Shown here one piece after another: positions 1 to 11,691 of a stretch of DNA of 64,000 nt. Position 1 is the stretch's first letter, and each line of letters begins with the position of its first letter. The position numbers were made by a program, and so were the translations under genes. Origin of the DNA: Takakia lepidozioides (lineage: Eukaryota; Plantae; Bryophyta); NCBI GenBank assembly GCA_030704615.1, contig CM060734.1, positions 54,374,001 through 54,438,000 on the forward strand. The letters are read 5' to 3'. Under the pieces are notes generated by a model, which saw only the letters and a program-made list of their open reading frames with translations, was not told the DNA's origin and searched no databases.

Positions 1-303
1 GCCGCCTCTGCCAGTACCTACGACGATACTTGGAAATGCGGCGCGCATTTCCTTGTCGGAGGTCGAATGAGGAAAGCAAGTTTTCGGAAAGCAGAAAAAA
101 CATGAACCCTCCAACATACAAAAATACATGCACGTGGAAGCAAGTGAACGATATAGTAATATCTTAGTTCGAGCAAAACAGGTTACTGGTAGGCAAGACA
201 TATGTCGGACCTTTCTGTGGCCAGAGTCTGAGGTACTGGCAGCAGTACAGTTCTACTATCCGAAAAAGGATGGCGTACCATTGTATTGGAACGCAAGCCA
301 AGC

Positions 304-3300
304 TCACTGGTCCCTGGATCCATATTCAGAAGAGTGTGAACCTCCTGGGGGGCTCAACCCTGGTGCATGTATGAAGTGATGAGTTGTGGAATTACAACGG
401 AGTCTCTTTAGGTACACGTAGTACAAATGCTTGCAAGGGCAGTATGATGCCCCCTTGTTCGCCATGATCTGGAAAGTCGGTGCAATTGCAGGTGGTAATT
501 CTGAAATGGTGATGGTGTACACCTCATTGCGAACAGCTGAGCCCGCCGTGGCCATCTGATACACACGCCGAATCCTGGTGGGGGCACTTCTGTCGAGCTG
601 GATTGTACAGTTCATCCGAAGTGCATTCCCATCCTTGTCTCGTTCACTTTTGAGGGAGGTCGCCGCCTCTTCGGTTTCCCCCCAACGGTGTGTAGGATGT
701 TAGAGCTGTGTGTCCCATTGTTCTTGCTCTCACAGGGGTCGGTGGTGGAGGCTGTGGAAGCGGAAGGAAATGGTTCTGGGGACGTCATGCGCTGCACCAT
801 CCGAAAATCCTGCGGCGGGTAAGGGCGTCGGCCTCAACCTGACTCAGATCGCAGCCTGGTTCCACCGGCCCACACCGGGGGAGCCTCTGGCATTGTTTGT
901 ATGTTGTACTTGGGCTTTTCCATACACGCAAGTCATAATGTCGTGCTGCAGAACCAGAACTGGGTGGTCGCCTCCGCAAACTTTGCATGGACAAATCTTC
1001 CTGTAAAAGTAGGAGCAGGGACAGCCCCATCTGGATCCTCCTTATCATCTCTAAACAACGTTGCCGTGTATCCACACGAATTGCGGAACACCTTCCTCGA
1101 AACGACGGCTTTGTGCGAGCAATTTCTCCACTGTGATGCAGACACAGTCGTCTCCACAATGGCTTGGCCATAGGCATAACAGCGGGCGGAATGTGGGGCA
1201 AGGGAGCGGTGGGAATTTTTGCACGAAATCCCCGGTTGAAGGCGACGGCGATCTGGAATTTCTTGGGCTTCCATGCTGGAAGACACATGTGCGGCAACAT
1301 GACGGACCTCGAGGTGCTGTCCGATGTTCCTGTCGGATCTCCAGGAATCCTCTTCGCACCCGGGTTCCTCTTCAATCTCCGCCTGAAGGGCGAGTCCGGA
1401 CGTCCCCCTAGGTGTTCACCTCTGCGGTGCAGAGGCGTCCCTTTGATCTTCTCTCGCCAATGCTGTCGCCCATTTCACTGGATTCTTGGACCTCGAAGCT
1501 GTTCGTACCAACAATTCCTCCTGTCCGGCCCAAAGCCCCATTGTTGCCGCTCAGGAACTTGTAGTACGTGGCTTGCTGCATGATTGCTCTGTCGATGTCC
1601 TCCGTTGTGGCCGTCACTACGTCCACAGATGTGCGGCAGAAGATGACGCTCGCCAGGAGGAGTGGACCGATTCTGCCATATTCGTGTTCGGCATGTCCGT
1701 GTCGGAATCCAAGCACCGCTCCTAGAAGGACACAAACAATGGTGAGGGACCAATCGAAATGTCCGTAACAGAAAGACAAATGAACGAAAATGACAGCAGC
1801 CTACCTCCCGCATGTACTGTCCGAACTGTCGATACCGAAAATGCCACCACCCCAACCAGCTGTGCAATGCTCCCAGATTGGTTGTCTCCACTGCACCTGA
1901 CGTGTTCCACCAAGCCTCGATGATAGCAAACTTAACCTCCGCGTCATCAAATGTGGGTGCATCCTTCCACGCCGTACAAAGGACACGGTGTTCAGCCTGG
2001 AATGAGCTAGCAACAAATTTGGTAGTGTAGTGGGATAGACTCTGCATCCAATGGAATCCACAGGATCTCTCTTTCCCCTCCATTGGAACATTGGGGTCCT
2101 CACCGTACACACGCCGCACCGCTGCCCAGTTGGCCTGAGCGTTGTCTGCCATGAATCCCCTGAAATTGGGCTCTGGCAATCCCGCCCTTGCCATCTGCTC
2201 GTTTATGCCCTCCCACAGATGCATCTCGGACTGTGTGTCCTCCCCTTTCATCTCGCAGATTGCAATCGTCATGAGCCTCTTGGAGTGATAGTCATAAACA
2301 TGCGCACCCATAGTCACCCACTGATGGTTTGTAATTCGCTTGATGTGATCAAACATCACCCAAGCATTCGACAAGTTTCCAGTTGTCATGCGAGTGACCA
2401 AGTCGACTCCACTCCCAGGCCCACACGTCGACATTTTGAAAATGTAACAACGATCGGATTCGCTGCCTTGCCCTGGAAACCTGCTACCTTGGATGTAGTC
2501 ATATCCAGTCATTCGTTTCACCTCCAGGATTGAGTACATGTCCGACCCCCTGCCGAACTCCTGCTTGCAAGATACGATGTGATTCCGCACATTCGGACTA
2601 CAAACGTGCGAGACGGACTCCAAGAGGTCACGCATCTCGTCTTCGGTCAAGGGCTCTCGGTCGGAACCATCTTCAGACATGATTTTGCCAAGAGCAATCT
2701 TGTGGGCTGCCTTCAGCTGAATCTGCTTTGGTCTGGCTCCGGGGCTCAATTTCACCTCCTCTTTTATGATGTCGTGTGCTTCCTGCACAGCCTCACGCAT
2801 GTTGCCTCTCGCCAAGGGGTGGCAGTGGACCCCAACGTGTATGCAAGCTCTAGTCAAGTCCGGGAGCAAATGGATTACGTAATATTGCTTGGCTCTGCAC
2901 ATGGACATGCACGTCGGTGGTTCTTTGCAATGTGCACACTTGAAAGAACCCGCAGGAGCTTGGCTGGAGACAATGAATGGATGATGCGTTGTGCCAGTCC
3001 AATCCGTCTCGTTTCTCCGCCCTCCTTTGGAGAGAAAGTGGAAGCAGGTGGGATTGAGGCACCTCAGCTTCCCCGCACAGAGGACATATCGTACACGAAC
3101 ACCATCAGCAATTTTCGTGCTACTGGTCTTCGTCACACACCAGGGGTGTCCGTCATGCTTTCGATCCATGTCTGTTAACATCCCGGAGGCTTTCTTTGAC
3201 GAAGAAACAGGTGGAAACTCGAAGATGACATTGCCATCGACTTCGGGAGGCAGAAAAGTTACCTTTCTGACTGGGAATTTGGCATAGTCGAGAGCAGCCA

Positions 3301-3898
3301 GCTCGGAGCGAGAACCATCGAGGTGATGTTGTCGTAGGAGCTGCACAATGGACCGGGTTGGAGTTATGCTCGAGGGCACATGCGTAGCACCTACAGAGAC
3401 GTCCATGCCGGATTTGAACGACCGTGTGGAGGACATGGGTACCTCAATGCAATCATCTTCCTCGTCGGAAATGTCGAATACGTCCACACGAGAAGCTATG
3501 GAGGGTCTTGACGGTCCAGGTCGGGAATGATTATCGTTGCATACCTCTCTGTTGGCAGTGGCCGCCTCTCGGTTTCCGGACTCCTTTGTGGATGGTGTGG
3601 GCAGCGACTGATTCGGAAAGGGAATGGGCATTCCCACAGCTCGGTACAGGATGGTGTCTGACGGGGGAACGTGCCATTCGATTCCGCAACCTCCGTCGTT
3701 ACCTAGCACGACAATGGTCTCGTCAACCTGTCCAGGAACATCCTTCCTTTCTTCTTCCAAATAAACTGTGCCCGGTTTGAGCTTGAATTTGGAACAAAGG
3801 TAAGTTTCAGTCACTCTGCAAAGTCCTCCCTCGTTTGGGATCCAGGCTCTCCCAAGTTGCGGAGGACAGCAAACTATAGCGTAGGAATTCGGAGCCAT
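304..3898 (-). CDS. MULE transposase: GCM-like zinc DNA-binding domain, DDE core, C-terminal SWIM finger; intron ~1722-1804; several frameshifts in exon 2
   Basis: GCM-like motifs YVLCAGKLRC..C, CAHC, MCRAK and GVHCHP at ~2817-3160. MULE motifs WVMFD, GFMADNAQANWAAVRRVY and SCGFHW. After a GT-AG intron, PNTNMAESVHSSW supplies the catalytic E. SWIM is TCNCTDF (shifted frame) plus CPCKHLYYV at ~420-495. Start ATG at 3898 and the 3' end are approximate. Confidence 0.85.
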
Positions 3899-4327
3899 CG
3901 AACACCGCACGGAGTTGGCAAGTGCGAGGTTCAGTATAGCGACAGACCAAGGCTCACAGGCACCATCTAAGTGGATCTGCGGAGTCCATCGACAATTGGA
4001 AGTCGCACATTGAAGTGGAAAGTATTGTTTCAAGCTACATGCATGAAGGTGGGAGGTTTGATTCCATAGCCAGTGAGTAGGACAATGATGGCCGATTCGG
4101 CGACGAAATAACATCTCCTGACAGTTTCTCCTGAGGGTGGATCCAGCAGTATTCTCGGTGCAGACAGGAACGTTCGCACTGACAAGTGCCAGGACTGCTG
4201 GTTAAAACGGTCAGACAACCAAGTTGTGCTCATCAAGACTGGCCGCAATTGTGTTGTTTCGGAACAATGCAACCCATTGAGGTTCCAGATTTCCCGTCAC
4301 GAGTGATTCTGTCGATTGCTGGTGGAC

Positions 4328-6051
4328 GGAAATACGGCGCCGCATTTCCGTATTGCATCTTGGTCATGCAACAGAGCGACGGAAATGCGGCACCGAGTTT
4401 CCGTCCGGGGGAAACCTTTATACTCTCCAGAACGGAAATGCGGTAACGCATTTCCATCCAGCAAGCACGGTATGTGAAGGTGGAACGGAAATGCGGTACC
4501 GCATTTCCGTTCTGATTGAGATTTATGAACAACGGGAACAGAAATGCGGCACCGCATTTCCGTCCGAGTCGCACTTTTCGACATTCCAGAACGGGAATGC
4601 GGCGCCGCATTTCCATTTTGTATCTGATGCATGGAGCTGAGGGATAGAAATGCTGCAGCACATTTCCGTCCTTAAAAGACATTCATACTCTCGAGAACGG
4701 AAATGCGGTACCGCATTTTCATTCAACAAGCACGGTATGTGAAGGTGGAACGGAAATGCGGTACCGCATTTCCGTTCTGATTGAGAATTATGAACAACGG
4801 GAACAGAAATGCGGCACCGCATTTCCGTCAAAGTCGCACTTTTCGACATTCCATAAAGGAAATGCGGCGCCGCATTTCCATTTTGTATCTGATGCCTGGA
4901 GCCGAGTAAGATTCCGACAGCTTCATACAGCGCAATTCCGACCGGTTGAGACATTCACACTATCCAGAACGGAAATGCGGCACCGCATTTCCGTTCTGAC
5001 TGAAAATCGTGAACTATCTGAACTGAAATGCGGCACCGTATTTCCATCCGAGTCGCACCTACCATCATTCCAGAACGGAAATGCGGCACCGCATTTCCGT
5101 TCTGACTGAAAATCGTGAACCATCGGAACTGAAATGCGGCAACGTATTTCCATCCGAGTCGCACCTACCATCATTCCAGAACGGAAATGCGGCACCGCAT
5201 TTCCGTTCTGACTGAAAATCGTGAACCATCGGAACTGAAATGCGGCAGCGCATTTCCATCCGAGTCGCACCTCCCAACATTCCAGAACGGAATGTATTAG
5301 ATTTAAAAGGGAAATGCGGCACCGCATTTCCGTTCTGATGAAATATCCTGAAACATCGGAATTGAAATGCGGTACCGCATTTCCGTCGGAGTCCCACCAT
5401 CCGACATTCCAAAACGGAAATGCGGCACCGCATTTCCGTTTTGTATGTGAGGCATGGAGCTGTGGAACGAAAATGCGGGAAGGCATTTCCGCCAGCGGTA
5501 CCGCATTTCCATTCTGACTGAAAATCGTGCGCAACGGGTACAGAAATGCGGCACCGCATTTCCGTTCGAGTCGCACCTTCCGACATTCTCGAACGGAAAT
5601 GCGGCGCCGCATTTCCGTTTTGTATATTCGGCCTGGAGCTGTGCTACGGAAATGTGTTGCCGCATTTCCATCCATGTGAGACCTTCAACCTTTCCAGACC
5701 GGAAATGCGACACCGCATTTCTGTCCAGGTGAGACCTCTATACTTTCCCGAACGGAAATGTGGCACGGCATTTCCATTCATCAACTAACGTATGTGAAGT
5801 GGGAACGGAAATGCGGCGCCGCATTTCCCTTCTGAATCTCATACTTGGAGCTGTGGGACGGAAATGCGGCACCGTATTTCCGTTCAACAACTAAGGTATG
5901 TGAAGGTGGAACGGAAATGCGGTGCCGCATTTTCTTCCAACAAGTACGGATGTGTAGCAGAGTGATCGTACTTAACGGAAATGCGGCGCCGCATTCGCAT
6001 TCTCGCTCCAACTCATCAGACGCTGGGACGGAAATGCCTTGAAATGTGAAC
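4328..6051. repeat. Array of ~30 palindromes GGAAATGCGG-NN-CCGCATTTCC on a 53-bp period with higher-order spacer structure
   Basis: Repeat starts at 4328, 4381, 4434, 4487, 4540, 4593, 4646, 4699, 4752, 4805, 4858; 4971-5236 every 53 bp; 5310-5469; 5542-5913; 5977. The 31-bp spacers fall into about five classes that recur as 265-bp and 106-bp units. Confidence 0.97.
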
Positions 6052-6346
6052 ACGTGGAGCAACGGAATTGCTGCACATGTCGGCACTCTATCTGACTGAA
6101 GGGGCATGAGGCGGCGCGGCCTGACCGTTGGATAATGATGTTTGATTTTCGGACGGCGGGCGTACCCTCAACGATTCGAATTTCGTAATGACGCAAACTC
6201 CACGAGGAGACACTTTCGTCCAACCTTTCGAACCCAAGTGGTGCATCACCGCCGTTTCATCTACTTTTGTCGTGTCTCCTCAGTCACCCCTCTCGCGCCC
6301 TTTCCATCTGCACTCTTTGCCCCTTTTCCCTCTCTCTGTTCTTCTT

Positions 6347-9300
6347 ATGCTCGAACCTGAGAGGGGGGGAGTTCGTGCACCAGACAGGAGACCTCGTCGC
6401 AAGCTCCGGAAATTATACTTCGGACGTAGGCCAATGCCGAAGGGAGGAAGCAGATGCGTCTACAGGAGGAGATTGCCATCTCCGAGCAGCAGGCCACTCA
6501 GGCAACCCAGCCACCAGTGAGAGCTCCATGCGATCGGGCTGCGCGCAGCTGATCGAGCACCGAACCCCCCATTTTGCTTCTGTAATTCTTAGACTGAATG
6601 CTAGGAGACTTGAATGCAGAACATGTTTGCATGCCTAACAGGAAAGGTGGACGTGCTGGAGGGATCGCAGGAATCCGAAGAGCCGCAGGAAGAGTCCGAG
6701 GAGCTAGCTGCAGCACGTACACCCACCCGATCCCCGAGCGCGGGTACTCCTGCCGGGCCTAGCCCTCTGCGATTCAAAGACGCGTCTTCGAAGGGCAAGT
6801 TCAAAGTCTCAGAGATCGACTCGCGTTCTTCGATCATGGAGAATCGCCAGCAGGGGTCGGGCCCTTCTCCAGCAAAGTCGAAGAAGAAGCAGCCCGTCCC
6901 TCTACTGGCTTCTGAACCGGCTCAGGCCGATTCACCCCCCCAACGCGAATGAAGCAGCAGGGTAGAAGACAGATTCTATTGCAGCAGACACCTTCACCTG
7001 CAAGGATGAGGAAGCAGAAGGCAATCAGGGCGACGGCCGAACAATCTCCCGCAAAACCGCTTCCACGAGCTGAAGCTCAGTTCCTGGAGGATTTCCCGCC
7101 TGCAGATGTTGGGGCCGACTCTGCTGCAGCGAAGGCAATGGGATCGACCGTTGATCTCGATTTGGTACCGGAGGAGGGTGCTGCCGCTGAACGTTCGCAG
7201 GCAGACCTCACCACCGATGAGCTAGCAGGCCCGGAGGAGGCCTCTGCAGTGGCAGAATTGCCCGCACACAGGCCCCAGAGTGCAGCTCCAGTTGAGGATG
7301 CTCCACCTGCTCAGCCACTACCGGCACCTACAGACATGTCTCCGGAGGATTTCAAAAGTGCAGCGGATAAAATGTTGGAGGAGACACACAGTAGCATTGG
7401 CAGAGTTCTGGGCAGCAGGGTATTCCAGCGGACTCTTCGAATCCCACTCTGTCGCATGGTCTCCCTTCCCATCGTCAGGCAGGCCCTTCCCGGAGATGTG
7501 GATAAGCTCAAGTTCGCATTTCGAGAAGGGTACCGTCTGGGATCGGCAGCGTTTTACGTTTCCATAGAGAATGAGGACGGCGAAACCCGTGGACCCACTG
7601 CCGATGAATTGTCAACGTGGGATACCCACTGGCACACTCGCAACCACGAATTCGAGGCGACGCTGAAGGGTGATCCCGACTTCGGCCATATGTCGGGAAA
7701 AATGTTCTTTGTGTGGGACGGGAATCACCGACTTCTCGCCTGGTGGGAGTACATCAAGCAGAACCATGCCAAGCACATTGGCTGGCATTACATGGTGGAG
7801 TGTGTCATCCTCAAGGTGAAGGCGGCAGACTCCTCCCTCCTCAAGAATGCCATGGCGGACCTCAACTCGTAAGATACTCATACCCTCCCTAGCACATTCG
7901 AAATGCGGTGCCGCATTTCGGTTTCCATTCTGGTTTGATTCCGTGCTTCCGTGTACTGAACTGGAGAGTGTGCCTTGCAGGGTCACTGAGAATGCGTACG
8001 TGCATACCCACATGGCACATATGCTGTACAGGGTGAGGAAAACTGGTCTTACTGATCCGCAGATGTTTGCGGAAATGCTGGAGCCGGAGCTCATTCAGAA
8101 AGCCGTTGCAAAAACAGACCGGACATGGTATCGTCTCACTATGGATGGAATGGTGGAGGTGATATACGAAGTAAGTCGTGCTCCAATTTCCCTCTGCTCA
8201 TCCTTCCCCAATTTCCAGTAATGTTTCCACATGAATCGAATGTAACGCTTCTGCATGTTTTTGTTGGCAGTCAAACATCAAGCTGGATTTGGCCCATGCC
8301 AAACGCTTCTTCATGGAAAGTGAGGGGCAGGTCAAAACGTTGCAGTCATTGACTGAGCACTTGAAGGAAGCCGGTGTCAAGTCCAGAACCAAATACAAGT
8401 CAAAGCTTGTGAAGCTGGTGGCAATTGCAGATCCGGCACTTGGAAAGGACTTCATCCCCGAGATTGCAAAACACTATTCTCGGGCCATGCAGCCGACCAT
8501 GCAATTGGAGAAACTGCATCACCTCTCAACGGCATGTGTGGAGGCGAAAGAGAAGGTGAGGTTTCAATGCACTGAATTTCCTTCCTAGCAATAGCCACTC
8601 TCTTCCAGCCACTGACATTGGATCGGAAATGGCAGACACGGTGGCTGTCGATCTGGAATGCATCCGAGAGCATAAGGACAATGTGGTCTTTTCCACTGGA
8701 AGTTTCCGACCCTGCAGTGGATGTGTGGCTCAACCGTATGACTTGGTGGTTCCAGGTAATTCAAGGTACTTCCCCAGATTTGCTTTTCTGACATGAATTC
8801 CCTGAACTGCTACGTGACAATGCATTTGGGAATGGCAGGTAATGTCGAATGCAAAGGAGCAAGTCGTAATGCACACAAATTCGTTCGGCTTGTACGTCAA
8901 ATGGGATGGAACACAGACATTGGAAGACTACGTGACACGTTTCAGATGTGCGTACAAGGACAACCTTTTCGCCAGAGAGCTACAGACAGCAAGAAGGAGC
9001 GTGGAGTTTACACATCAGGAGGGAGCGGGGAAAGCTGCAATGCGAATTGTTTACAGGTGAAGCACAGCTGCCCTTGTATGCGAAGCCTGGTTACGAGGTT
9101 TGTCTCGGAAATGCGGCACCGCATTCGCATTTTATGTTTTCGGTGGCACTCTGCCAGTAGGTTGGTCTCAACTTTTGCTCACGCATGCTGACTGCCTTGC
9201 AGGTATATGAAATACGTGCTCCTTCAGACAGGGGCCCTGGCTCAAGAGCCCCCGTTCTTCATGGCTTGGACCGTGGCGGGCCCAAGCTGTGTCTACACAC

Positions 9301-11555
9301 CCGAGATGCAGAAACAATGGCATCCCGCGCATCTCGTTGGATGCCCGTGGTACCTGGACATGTCTGGCGGTATTGTTGACGAGTCTGAGAAAGATCTGCA
9401 CGCCTTGGCAGAAGAGAAGAGAAAGGAAAGACGTGTCCCTGCTGGGCCAAAGTCGGCAAAGGAATCTGCTGCTCTGGAAGAATCCAGAAAGGCAGCTGAG
9501 ATGGCACAAAAGACGGTGGATGCAGCTGTGCAGGCCCAACAGAAGGGGTCGAAGAAGAGGACTCGCCAGCAAGGAGCAGCTGTTGTGACACCCGCCAAAA
9601 CGAAGAAGCAGAAACAGCCTGTTCAGGAAGAGGGTGAGGAAGAGGACTCCGATGGAGACTTTGCAACCAGCCCACCCCCCAAACGCAGGCTGCCTCCCCT
9701 GTGCCCACCGTTGTCACCAGAGGCACGAGAACTGGCTCGGCAAAGAAGGCACTCTTCAACCCCCCAGGGGGGCACCCTTTCGAGCCGGTGGAAATGAAGA
9801 GGCCGAAAGTGGCTCCCGAAACTGTAGTCCAGTGTGTAAATGAGAGTTTCTTGGCGGCTTTGGATGGACGGGCAGCCAAGTTGGCATACATGAAGACCAT
9901 GGAGGGTCTGAAGGGCAGAGCACTGAAGAAGGCGACTGCCGAAGAGCCTTCCGACACCCCAGGATTTCAGAATATGGTCTCGTTCTTTGAGAGGGTGTGT
10001 GCAGACAAGGATTGTAGGAGGGGCGGAAATGCCACCGAGTGGTCTTGCGATATGATCATCTTGGATATTCCGGACGGAGAGCCTGTGGAAGGACTGCAAG
10101 CTTTGCCATCTTGGAACAGGTACTCGGAGGACTTTTGGAAGAAAGGATTCGGGCTTGCCCGCATGGTGTTGGACGACAGAGGCTGTGTGGTTGTCCTGGC
10201 GAGCAGAGGAAAAAACACTCAGACAGGAATTGCGAAGTGGACCCGCAAGAGCGCCGTCCCGATTCTGAAAAAGAAGTGGACGTGCATCAACACACTGGGC
10301 CTTCGGTCGGAAGGGAAGAAGGTGATTACGACACTGGCACTCGTCCATTCATTTGCTTGGGTGCTTTCAAATGCGGTGCCGCATTCGGTTTCTAATCGTT
10401 TTCCCCCTGTGTATGCAGACGAAGCAGTTCGATGCATACTGCTTTGTGAAGGAAAACTCCACCTTTGCTTTCCGGAAGGAGGGAGGAAAGGTTGACCCGA
10501 ACTGCGACCCACTCGATTACGACGTTCTGTTCAACAACGTTCCCAAGGAACTTCTCCCTCATAGCCTCACTTCAACGGAACCCCTGCGGTACTCACGGAC
10601 TCGGAGCCCTGCCTTCATTCAGACAATTATGGAGACATGCACAGACGTGGAGGGCACAGTGCTGGACCTCATCTGTGGGACAGGTATGCAGAATCTTGAT
10701 CTCTGCTGTTCTGCAAATTCTCGTTAGGATGTAGTTCGCAACATCTGAAGCGCCATGTGGTAATGTGTGGATGGCATTGTAACAGGTGCCTCAATGTGGG
10801 CTGGGCGGTTTTCCGACCGGCACCTCTTTGCCTACGAGGAGGATTCATCCGTGTGGGGATCCCATCTGGAGGGGCTGCAACGGAATGTGAAGGCTCCCGA
10901 CAGAGCGGAAGTCTCCTCGGATTCGTCGGAGTCCGAGGAAGACACAGTGGACATTGATGCAGAGGAGAACCCGGAATACGAGTGAGTGCAAACATTGTAA
11001 GTTTGCAAAGCCTTCTGGGTCATTTATGTCAAAGGAATTTCCCGACTGTGGTTCTCATTAGTCTCGTTGATGATTGTCATGTGCAGGATTGCAGGGTCCG
11101 GGTCGAAGCATGTAGGGCCTACACTTCCTGCCAGGAAGAATGTCCCGTTCTTTGCGAGGGCCGACTTCATGACGAGCCCGGTGAGGGACTACTCCCTTCC
11201 TAGTTATGCAGCTAAACTCGCAAATACAGCGATTAGAAGAAGTGAGAATCCCAGTAAAGTAGAGCAGATTTTGGAGAGGGCTAGGGAGGACAGAAGGATA
11301 AGGAAAGAGTTGGCAGCAGCTCAGACAGGTAGACGGGTACGAAAGTACATATGTGATTCAGCGGATGAGAGCGACGCAGACAGGGAGGAGGACGACCCAA
11401 CGGAGGTGAGATGGACAGTTCCGCAAGGGGAAGATGGGATTTTTGAAAGCCTGGCCAACGAGCAGTCCGCTGGAGATGAGAGAGGCACTGAGGGGGTGGA
11501 GGAGGAGCAGGACAGTCTAGAACAGGATGAGGATTCGGATGATTTTCAAGATTAA
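6347..11555 (+). CDS. Multi-exon gene: low-complexity N-terminus, ParB/Srx-like domain, linker, beta-class N4-cytosine/N6-adenine DNA methyltransferase fold, acidic tail
   Basis: Phase-compatible GT-AG exons ~6642-7868, 7981-8170, 8271-8555, 8636-8755, 8839-9056, 9203-10321, 10419-10683, 10786-10981, 11087-11555. ParB motif FFVWDGNHRL at ~7705-7735. MTase motif-IV-like MIILDIPDG at 10052-10078, followed by motif-I region TVLDLICGT/GASMWAGRFSDRHLFAYEED. The first exon and start are uncertain; frameshifts at ~6940 and ~9700-9795. Confidence 0.8.
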
Positions 11556-11691
11556 TAGAATTTTAATGAAGTCTCTGTAAATGTAAATTCTCTTCCAGAG
11601 TATATAAAGAAAATTCTGCCCGACATTCGTGACCCCTCTCCAGTGTGCATTCCAGCCACACAATCGCCCAAACCAGGACGCTCCCAAAATC

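Noticed and set aside
1475-1804. C-terminal tail of the 879-aa ORF as true transposase sequence
   Set aside because: It reads through an intron. The catalytic E motif (NMAESVH) is in another frame after the acceptor at ~1722.
4328-6051. CRISPR array (palindromic repeat plus constant-length spacers)
   Set aside because: Spacers fall into about five recurring classes in higher-order blocks rather than being unique, there are no cas genes, and the context is eukaryotic with introns.
4186-6107. Many overlapping ORFs with GNAAPHF / EMRHRIS / KCGTAFP repeats
   Set aside because: These are translations of the palindrome in all six frames. The 53-bp period is not a multiple of three.
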